A stretch of DNA of 63,490 bases, filler included, from Reticulomyxa filosa (taxonomy: Eukaryota > Protista > Foraminifera), in the NCBI GenBank assembly GCA_000512085.1. It is 14 parts of 14 records of this genome, joined end to end, with 100 filler letters (N's around TTAATTAATTAA, not from the genome) between each part and the next. Parts side by side here need not be neighbours in the genome. Positions count along the whole stretch, not along the records: positions 1 to 5,363 come from ASPP01005744.1; positions 5,464 to 16,072 come from ASPP01000757.1; 12 more parts are not named here. One strand, 5' to 3'. This document shows, piece by piece, positions 1-11,700 of the stretch. The notes beneath the pieces were generated by a model. That model was given only the letters and a program-made list of their open reading frames with translations. It was not told the origin of the DNA and did no database searches. How positions within the stretch are numbered: position 1 is the first letter of the stretch; every line of letters starts with the position of its first letter. Made by a program: the position numbers and the translations under genes.

Positions 1-2467
1 AATGACAACAGCAAATCACAAAACAAAACAAAAATTAATGCAACGAAAGAAAAGTAAAGTGATAACAAATCATAAGATAAGTTTGTCTTCACTGTTTGAT
101 AATTATGGACAATCAATTGATATTTGTTACATTCGATTGGCTCTTTTGACCCAACAATTCCAACAATAAAAAGACATCAATTTTTTGTAACGTCTAAAAT
201 GAAAGAAGTCGTACACACAAAAATGAAAAAATATTGTATATCGTGTTTTTTTTTATTTTATAATGTCGCAATTGAATATGTCGCACGATCTAACAACAAG
301 TTTTTTATTACTTGATATTGTTCTTTTATTCTTGTTAGTTTCTTTTATCTTATTCATTAACAAAATAATTTTGAATAAGTCCGATATAATGAAAGAATGC
401 TATTATTACATTAAAGGTATAACGACTACGTGTACATCACACGAATACATAAGACAATATAACAATTGTTAGCTTCAATAGACTAAGTATACTTTACAAA
501 AATTGAAGAAATTTTACATTCAGAAATTTATTTGAACAATAGACCAAAAGTACAACTAGTTTGTAACTCCAATAATATAATTATAGATTCGAATTTGCTT
601 ATATAGTAAGTTATTTAGTATGTGCTATAGTACAATTGATATATTCATATAGCGTACTGTAATTGATAAAAAGGATTTATTTATGAAAATTTATTGGATG
701 TAGTGATTAAATCAAATAAAGTTATTTATTTTGAAAAAGGATTTTTTAATAAAAAAAACTATAGTATTGTAATATACAGTATATTACAAAGAAAACTGCA
801 ATACCTAAATAGAACATCTACGAAGAGAATCGATTATCTAAATGAAAAATAAACATTTAAACATAATTTTTAAAAATATATACAAATCTTGTAGTTTTAT
901 CTTTTTTTTTTGTGTTTGTTCAATAGTTTTTTTCATAGTTGCATTTTAATTGTTATTTTGAAATTTTGATTTTTTGCAATATTGAAACATTTAGATCCTG
1001 TTAAGAAAGGAGTCTATGTGTATATGTTGATTGGTGGTACTATGATTATAGTAAAATTATGAAACCGCAATAAGAATGCTAAAAAAAATTATTTTACAGC
1101 AACTATAAGAAAAAGTCAGATTAGAAGACAGCAATATAGATTCAAGACTTGAATTTGCAAATTGTTATAAACCTTGAACTGTATATAATTGGAAGAAAGT
1201 TATCTTTTTATATTAATTTATGCATAAGTGATAATATCAAATATGTTTGTGAAAAGACAATTATATAAAGGTAAAATCAAAAGATCAAGGTCTGGTGGAT
1301 GCAATATCATTATTTATGCTTGTTTTGATGAAAAAGGCGCTGAAAATACATTTAAAATAGAATGTAGAATAAACTATGAAATTTATAAAAGATATTAAAA
1401 GGTAACATGTTAAATAGTGTCAATTATTGTATATATGATAGATAAAGATTACTTGTTGTTCTAACAAGATAATGCAAGATGCCACAAACTAAAAAAATAT
1501 TGATTTAAGAATATTAATATAAATTAATAAAATCTCATAAAAAAAATTAAAAAAATCAAAACAATTTCAATTGTGAAAACTATATTTTTAAAAAATTTCA
1601 AATAGTTCAATTTTAAGCATTAATTTTTTTAAAAAACAACGAAAGATACAATGGTAATTTTTAAAAAAAGTATCTAAGTGACTTGAAGATTCTTAAAAAA
1701 GAAACAAAAAAATTTAAAACATTTTCTTAGCAATCTGTTTTACATGAATGATTGAAAGGTGTTATATTTAAGAAAACAATTTTTTTAGAGATCAATACCT
1801 CTAATAAAGTATTTACATACACTAATCTAAAAAAAATTTTATGTACAATTTTGTAGCGATTCAACTGGACCAACGAATTTAACTTAAGATTGTTTTTAAT
1901 AATATTTCATGCAATTACTGTGACAAGATGACAAACTAAAATTAAGCTATTGAATATATTAGCAGAATAAGGAATAGTTTTTAATATGGTACAACGAATG
2001 AAAAAAAAGTTGACCGTTAAAACAGTGTGTAATGTTTGCCGCTGCACAAAGTGTAATCGAAAGGCGATTAGCTCTACTGAGCAAACTCAATAAAACGAAA
2101 TTTGTTAAATAACGAGAAAATAATGATCAAAAATAAACAAGCAAAAGCTAAGAAGAAAACGAAAGACTGATGAGTGAAGTGATTGTGAACCAGAATAAAG
2201 GGAGTTCTGATGTTCACTTGGATTTCTGATAATGGTTAGTACTACACGTAGTACAACAGAACCTCACAAAGAATTTATTGTTCATGAAAAGTTAAGATTA
2301 ATCAATTTAAAAAATACCAGTTCTCAATAGGGACAAAGCATAAATTTATTAAACTGTGAGTATAACAAAAGTCTCAAAACTTGAACACATAAAAACTTTC
2401 TTCTTTGTCACTAGTTTTGTTGTCCCTTTTTCGTTCCATATTAACTAGGTAGCATAAATCCTTAACA

Positions 2468-3603
<1,136 letters not shown>

Positions 3604-4202
3604 TGAATGCTTAAACGAAAAATTACTTCAAGTGGTTGTTTGTTTGCTTGTTTCTCACCCACTTCCCACATCTTCGATGTAATGTTGATCTTTTTTTTTC
3701 TGAATGAGTTCCGGTGGATTCGATATCTTGTTTTTCTTTTTGTTGTAAGATCAATGCGTCAAAGTTTGGTCTCATGCTAGAATTTCATCAGTCATCTTTT
3801 TTTATTCGTACATCAGATTTTTGAAGGTTTATATATCGGCGAACAAAAATTGTTGAAAGTTCTTGTTCTATGATGTATCAGTGTGCTAAGTATCTTTGCG
3901 ACTACAAAGGCAACCTCCTGAAACACAGGATGGACCATTTTCCGCTAATAAATTACTTTGGTGAAACGGAACAGTTGTATGAAGCAGTAATTTTTTGTAC
4001 ATAAAATTGTAATAATTATGAAATAAAAAGTAAATTGGAATAGAAGAGTACATTTGAAAATTCAAGCAATTGACTTAGAGATGCCGTTATGACGTAGTAA
4101 CATTTCTGTAAGACAAAAAATTTGAAAACTCAAAAGAATTTTTTTCTGTTATTTGATCAGTGGAAATTTTCTCATAATTATATAATATACATTTGATTGA
4201 TC

Positions 4203-5363
4203 ATGGGCAGAAGAAAGAAGAAACGTAAAAACGCCAAAATATGATTTAAAGGCAGCACACAAGTTTGTGTCTGTGTTGTGTACTGAACAGAAAAGCCATT
4301 AATTTTTTGCTACTATTGTGACCGAGAATTTGAAACGGAGAAAGTGTTAATTCAGCACCAAAGAGCAAAACACTTCAAGTGTACAGTGTGCAGAAAGCGT
4401 TTGGGATCAGCACACGGAATGATGATACATGTTTTTCAAGTGCACAAGCAGCAAATAAATGGGTACGTGTATTGATTAATTTGAGACCAATCAAAAAGGC
4501 GCACAAAACAAAACAATAGCCAAAAAAAAAAAAATCAAAGTAGATTAAATGAATATGCGTTGCAATGTGTGTATTTGACGATAGAGTTCCTCATGCAAAG
4601 CAAGGACGTGATAGTTTCGAGATCAACATATTTGGCATGTCAGGGGTACCAGATGATGTGCTGTTCCTGAAGCGTGCTGAAAGAGGTTACATCTATTTGC
4701 ATTCAATGTGTGTGTACGTTTTTGTTTGTTTCATTATTTTTTAATTTTTTTTAGGTCCTCCCCCCTTCTTTCATCCCCTTTGTCCCCTTTTTTCATTAAT
4801 TTTTTTTTTAAGAAAAGTCGAAGTTCCAAACAAGAAAAACATCAAAAAAAAAACATCAAAAACAAAAACACCAAAGGAACTCTTTTGGGCAGACTTTAAA
4901 AGTCAAGTATGTCTTGTTTTTTGTTTTTTTTAATTGGCTTGTTTGTTAGTTTGTTATTTCCTTACTTTTTTTTTTGGCTTGTGACATTAAAATGTATTAA
5001 AAAAAAAAAAAAATTTTTTTGAATTTTTTCTTTCTGCTTCCTTTGAATAAGTATTTTTTTTTCTCCTCCCTTCTTCTTTATTTTCTCTTGTTCTTCGTGT
5101 CACACATTTTCAATGAACTAACACACGACCAGAAATGCCTTTTTTTTAAAAGAAACCAAATTAAACAAAAAAGTACTTTTATTGTGTGTTGTTTGCTGTG
5201 AGGTAGCACACGATTGTTTGTGACGAGTAAAAAAAATGACCCAAAACATGTTGGAAAGTGCACACAAAAAAAATTGCAGGAGAAGATGACGAACCCCCAG
5301 AAAAGAAACAGAAATTGAACGATGGACGCTCCGTGCCTGCGTACAGCACAAATGATACCACTA
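4203..5363 (+). CDS. ZNF207: ZNF207/BuGZ/SUF4-like C2H2 zinc-finger protein, 4 exons seen, 3' truncated by linker
   Basis: Spliced: [87 protein letters not shown]. This matches the conserved ZNF207 N-terminus (CxYCxRxF...LIQHQKAKHFKC...GMxGxP). Not in the ORF track. Confidence 0.9.
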
Positions 5364-5463
5364 NNNNNNNNNNNNNNNNNNNNNNNNNNNNNNNNNNNNN
5401 NNNNNNNTTAATTAATTAANNNNNNNNNNNNNNNNNNNNNNNNNNNNNNNNNNNNNNNNNNNN
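5364..5463. other. Artificial contig linker N44-TTAATTAATTAA-N44 (first of 13; others at 16073, 32763, 40429, 42096, 45059, 46282, 48459, 52009, 53952, 58427, 60415, 62140, each 100 nt)
   Basis: Identical 100-nt spacer with stop codons in all six frames; genes on either side are cut abruptly. Confidence 0.98.
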
Positions 5464-6169
5464 TTTTTTTGCAATCTACTGTAGTTTTTTTTGAAGAATT
5501 GTGTCAGTTCTTCAATATCCTTTTTATCATTTTCTGTCAAATATCTTTTGCAAGTTATTTTCAAAACAGTTTTCAAATCTGGTAATGTAGTGTTCATTAT
5601 ATTTATAGCAATATAAAACTTTTCAAAAGAGATTCTTAACTGTATGCTGAAAATTTTGTGGATGACCCAATAACGTTCCAAAAGCTTCATATAACCATTC
5701 AATTGCTAGTCCAAATTTTGAATGCAAGATCAATGCTTTCTCGTAATTCAGTTGATGTTGCTTTACATAAATATTGTGTACTCATTATTAAAGTACATTT
5801 AAATGCTAACACAGTATATGAAATTGGTGAATATTGGACTTTTAACAAGCTTTTCAATTAAATCATCCAAAATGAGGAATTGTGTGGAAATTTTTCTTTA
5901 AATTCATCCTTTTTTCTTTCCAAAAACTTCAAATCTTTTTGAAAAGCCTTCGCCACAATAAAAAAAAATTGACAAAAAAGTATATTTGCACAATATGAGA
6001 AATGGATCAGCATTTGTCAGATCCATAAAAAAAAGAGCGAGTTTGAAAAGGAAGTTGATTAGTTTTATAAGTATTTATTTTTGTTGTAAGGAATGGAATG
6101 AAAAGAGACGTCATCTGTAATGTACAATAGTAAGGCAAAAAAACACAAAAGAAAATAAAAGGAAAAAAA

Positions 6170-8177
6170 TTAATTGGTTCGAAATAGTTTTCTAGCCACA
6201 TCGATTCCAAGTACTCCCAACAAAGGAGTTTCTAAGTGAGGATTTTTTTTGAGTGTCTCTAACAAGACCTCTCTGGGCCACATTAAATATGTACAAGGAG
6301 TAACAGCTTTCATGGAAATACTGAATTTGACCCCAGATTGAGTCTGTCGCATCAGCCATTCGGGCGAGTCTAAAAATTCAAATGGTTGTGTGCACAATAT
6401 TCTTTCGTCTTTGAATTCATTTGTTTCGGCCTCTGTCACATCCGCTTCAGCATTTGCATCGCCTATTTCATCTCTTTCCTCTTCTTCGTTTTCTTCCGCT
6501 TCTTCTTCTTTTTCTTTTTCCTCCTTTTCCCTTTTTATTTTGTCCGGCGTTATCGTAAGGGCTTCGTCTTTTTCCTTCATCTCTTCGGGGTCATTTTCTC
6601 TGTCATCAGTCGTCATGCTGGGACTTCGATGCGGGCTTACCGATCTGTATGTCTGTTGGAGGATTACACTATTTTTATTTTTTTTAGTACATATAAGAAG
6701 AGGAGTATTGGTTTGTGTCTTGACAAGATCGATAATATGCTTTGCTATATTTCAAAAAAAATGGAAGGAAAAAAAACCTGGGTTTGCCGGAGCGAAGGGA
6801 AAAGGCTTTATCAGAGGCATGTTTGGAGAAGACAAAGTGATTGCCATTGCCACCAGCATGATGAGCAACAGAGCGACGATCCATACTTTTCTTCAATCGC
6901 ACTTCAGAATAGTCTTGTGGAGCTTTCACTACTTGGATTTTTCCTTTTATCAATATGCTCAAATTGCTGCATGCGTCATTGATTTGCGAATAATAACGTC
7001 CCTTTTTTTTTATTAAAAAAAAAAACTTTAAAGTTAAAATCTAAGTCAAACATCAAAATCAAAATCAAAATCAAATAAATAAATTTTTTTAAAAAAAATT
7101 TGTATTAACCAAACTTTTCTCAATTGTCTGACCAGACAAACGTCACATAAAATTTTAAAGTCTTTTCTGCTTATTAACCCTTGGAACATGTGCGAATAGA
7201 CCTGTTCGTGTTCGACGCGATCGAATTGAATAGGCCTTAGTTGGAATAGCAGCGCCACCGCGTGACGCAAGTTGATCAACATCATCACCGCGTTCCACAT
7301 GAACGTGTCCAACAAGCTCCCAGGTGGAAACGTGCCCGCCCATACCGCAAAACATAAGCACGCCAACGTCAGCACGATTCGAAGCCAAAGGATATTCGAA
7401 CTCACATAGCTGAGCAGCAAAAACACATTTGCAAATTGGAATATCACACTGTTCAAACGAGACGCTTTAAACGGCCAGTGGATTCCTATTTTTTCACTAA
7501 AAAGTACTATTATTAACAGGACTACCGAATTACCTTTTTTTTTAAATTATTAAAAAAAAAAATTAGCGACTTTGCGGGACTGTGTTTAAAAAAAAAAAAA
7601 AGAACCTAAAACAATGTTAAATAAAATCTCCAATGTGCGAGGACTGGTCAAAGCACTCCAAAGATCTCTGCTCATTGGACGATATATCTCGTCGATAAGT
7701 GCACGAATTATTGGGTTTTGAGAGGGATGACATGAACAACACTTTTCATTGTTGCTGTGCACATTCTGCTCATTGTTGTTATGTCCACTTGGCTCATTGC
7801 TCCTTTTTTTTATCATATACATATACATCTATAGTATGTATTGGAAGGTTTCAGCTGCATAGATTACACTTTCTGAAATAAATGTACAAAGCGAACTTGT
7901 CTGATTCAGACTGCTTTGCTTTTCCATTTGTATAGTCTTCTGTGTGCGTATCTGGGTCTACCTTTGGCATAGAGAAAGTTGTTTTTTTTCAATTTTGTTT
8001 TGCCTTTTTTTTAATTTGCTCTCGTTTTGGTATGCTCCAAAACTAGTTGCTCGTTTTCCGTCTTACACTTTCAACATGGGGCAAACCGACTGAAATATTC
8101 CCCGCTCTAGCTTTTTCATCTTGTGATACTGGCTGAACCACTAGTTCTATTTTTTCTTCTTCGTTTTTTAAGGACAT
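6170..8177 (-). CDS. Popeye-domain-containing (POPDC/BVES-like) membrane cAMP-binding protein, about 6 exons
   Basis: TM segments (FQFANVFLLLSY..LWLRIVLTLACLCFAVWA..LDTFMWNAVMMLINLRH..LRPIQF), then KGRYY..LSILIKGKIQV and FLDSPEW..KFSISMKAVTPCTYLMWPRE..LGIDVARKLF. These align by eye with POPDC LSILLKGKMKV / FIDSPEF / KFQVTI / CRFLCWSRE / IGKDITNKLY. Probable start MSLKNEEEK at 8177. Confidence 0.85.
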
Positions 8178-8772
8178 TAGAATGTTTATTTATTTTTATA
8201 ATTTCGGCCCTTTCCGTTTTTGGTTACGTAATTTTGACTGTATTTTAACATTTAGTATAATAAAGAGCAAAATCATTTTTCTAATAATATTATTAAAATT
8301 TTGTAATTACTTTTGAAATTATTGATATACTTTAAAATTGTTTTCAATAACTTTTTCTGTGAAACTTGCATTTGATAACAAAAGAAACAAAAAAGAATTT
8401 TTCCTTCACATATTTTAAACAAACAAGTAAGCTGAATGAAATTGGGTGTAAACAATGACTAAGTAAATTCAAAGATACGATGTGACACTAGATTGCAGAA
8501 AGACTGAACATATAAGATGTGCATCAGAAGATTATCTATTTTCCAAAAATTCAAATTCAATTTTTGTGTTTATTTTTTTGGATAAACATTTTTTTACGTT
8601 TTGTTAGTTTTTTTGCATATTTTTACTTTTAGTGAACTTTTTGATGATTTAAAAGTAGTTGCAATTGTTTAAAGTGATTTTTTGTTTTTTCAGCACATTT
8701 TGAACAATATCTTACATCAAAAAATTCAGAGTTTCGTAGTCTGTGAAAAATAGACAAACACAACAACAGCTA

Positions 8773-11700
8773 TCAAAAAGTTCCTCCATAGTCTTCTACA
8801 ACTGATATCTGTAGCAATGTTAAACCTTTTGCCCCATTCCAAATGCTATTTTTCAACGATAAACCAGTTTTCTGAATGCCACCTTGCCAAACACACTTCC
8901 ACATTCTCTCATTTATAACTTCGTCTTGAAAATTCGAATTAGATTGCTTGTTATTTGGGGACAAACGATGAGTATCCACGTTAGTCGAAAATTCAAGTAA
9001 ATGTTTACTGCGAGATGAAGAAAGAGCCCATAAGCGAATCGTATTATCATTGGAACTTGACACAATTTTGGAATTGTCATGTGAGAACTGAACAGAAGTA
9101 ATCCACTTTGAGTGTCCTTCTAAACATTGAAGTTGTTTACCAGAGGATACGTCCCACACACGAATAGTTTTATCTTCAGATCCTGACACAATGCTAGAAC
9201 CATCGAACGAAATTTCGACACAAGTAACATAATCTGAATGTCCTTCTAAAGATTGAAGTTGTTTACCGGATAAGGCGTCCCATAATCGAATCGATTTGTC
9301 CTTTGAGCCCGATACAATTTTGGAGCCATCTGAAGAAAATTGAACAGAAGTAATAGATGCTGTGTGTCCATTCAAAGATAGAAGTATTTTTCCGGATAAC
9401 GTATCCCACAGTTTGATAGTTTTATCAAATGAGCCTGACACAATTCTAGAGCCATCTGGTGAGAATTGGACAGAAGTAACATAATCTAAATGTCCTTCGA
9501 AAGATTGAATCAATTCACCGGATAATACATTCCACAGTTTAATAGTCGTATCAAATGAACTGGAAACAATTTTAGAACCGTCTGGTGAGAAATGAGCGAA
9601 GGTAACACCTCTTAAGTGCCCTTCAAAGATTTGAACTTGCTTTCCGGATGATGCATCCCACAATCGAACAGTTTTATCCCATGAACCTGATACAATTCTG
9701 AAACCATCGAGCGAAAATTTAACAGAGCTGATATAATCTGAATGCCCTGTTAAGGACTGAAGACAGTTTCCCGAGGATGCATCCCACAATTTGATAGTTT
9801 TGTCATTTGAACCTGACGCAATTCTGGAACCATCTGGCGAGAATTGAGCACATCCAACAACATCAGAGTGTCCCTCAAAAGAGAGGAGTTGCTTTCCAGA
9901 TGAAGCATCCCACAATCTCACGTATGTACCTAAGGAACTTGATACAATTCTGGAGCCATCTGGTGAAAATTGAATCGAGGTAATACCTGACAGATGCCCT
10001 TCTAATAACTGGAGTTGCTTTCCGGACAATACGTCCCATAATCGGATAGTTTTATCCCATGAACCTGACACAATTTTAGAGCCATCCGGTGAAAATTGAA
10101 CAGTACTAACATGGTCAAAATGTCCACTGAAAGATTGAAGATGTTTCCCAGAAGATACATCCCATAACTTGATTGTTTTGTCCCATGAACTTGAAACAAT
10201 TCTGAGATTGTCAGGTGAAAATCGAACGCATTCAACAATATTGGAGTGACCTTCTAAACATTGGATTTGCTTACCGGATGAGACATCCCACAGACGAATA
10301 GATTTGTCCTTTGATCCCGATACAATTTTATTACCATCAGATGAAAGATGAACAGAAGTAATACTATCCGAATGTCCGTTCAAAGTTTGTAGCTGTTTAC
10401 CTGATACTACATCCCACAGCTTAATGGTCTTATCAAATGAACCTGACACAATTCTGGAACCATCAGGTGAGAATTGAACAGAAGTGATACAACCTGAGTG
10501 TCCTTCAAAAGAGTAAGTGTGCTTACCAGATAACGCATCCCACAATCGAACAGATTTATCCTTTGATCCTGATACAATTTTGGAACCATCAGATGAAAAA
10601 TCAATTGCAGTAACGCTATTTAAATGTCCTTCTAGCAACTGAAGTTGTTTTCCAGATGATGTATCCCACAGTCTAATAGTTTTGTCGTCTGAACATGATG
10701 CAAGTCTCGAGCCATCAGGTGAGAATTTTACACAAGTAACAGTATCTGAATGTCCTATGAGATAACCATATTCTCCAAAGTTAATTTGATTTACTGTTGC
10801 ACTTGTGAAATTTGTTTGATACAGAAAAGCTCTAAAGAAACTTACATGATCTAATATTGCTTCTTTAAAACTTGTTCCCTCAAGGAACGCACGATCTAAA
10901 ATAGCATGTGATATATTTACCTTATCCCAGTTTTGATAACTCATACCAACTCTTGCTACGTTGAGTATAGTAGCTGCATTTGCTGCTGCAACAGACACAT
11001 TTGGATTATTTTTGGATGCTTCTATGATTCGGAACAATCGTAATTTCAAATCCTCAAATATTGATTTTGTTTCATGGATTCTGTCAGCAATAAATTGAAT
11101 AATACCTAATTCTTCATTTAATAATTTGCAATTTATATCTAATTTTTCAACATGTGTTTCAAACTGTTGTTGAAATTGTTGATTGTTAAAATCAACAGTA
11201 GTATCGACAACAGGCTTCCACGAAATGATATCAAATATCATTTTTTGAGCAGAATAATATTCTTGGCATGATTTATGTAAAAATTGATATTTATTTTCAC
11301 CGACCCTTCTCAATATATATTTCGCAATACTATCACCCTTAAAATATTTGTCCCAAATATTTTTTGTTTTTACAATTGAAGCATTTACGTTTTCATTCAC
11401 ACTTTGGTAATTGCGATCTCTACCAATTTTTGACATGTATTTGACTATATTGTTGCTGTTAAAATATTTTTCCCAAATACCTTTTTTCTTCGTAGCTGAT
11501 GTCTCAGCTTCATCAGTTTTTGTCTCTATACTTTTCATTGCATTCGACTTATTTTTTAGATCTAGCTCCGGATCTGCTGTATTTTTAATTTCTTCATTTT
11601 CAAGTTGCATATTGATATCATCTTCAGTCGCGACATGCCTTCCTTGAATAAACATTTCAAATGCTAAATCTTGACAATATTGTTGAAATGCCAATTTGAT

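Noticed and set aside
1-2400. Short ORFs and possible gene relics in the AT-rich start
   Set aside because: No recognisable motif or consistent reading frame; at most unidentifiable pseudogene debris.
5464-5960. Minus-strand 96-aa ORF at contig start
   Set aside because: Upstream frames contain stops and no domain is recognisable; cannot be distinguished from a pseudogene fragment.
6386-7016. Long plus-strand Ser/Phe-rich ORFs
   Set aside because: Antisense shadows of the Glu/Lys-rich Popeye-gene exons.
9021-10760. 126-bp periodic repeat as a CRISPR or satellite
   Set aside because: Fully explained as coding WD40 repeats with no repeat-spacer structure.
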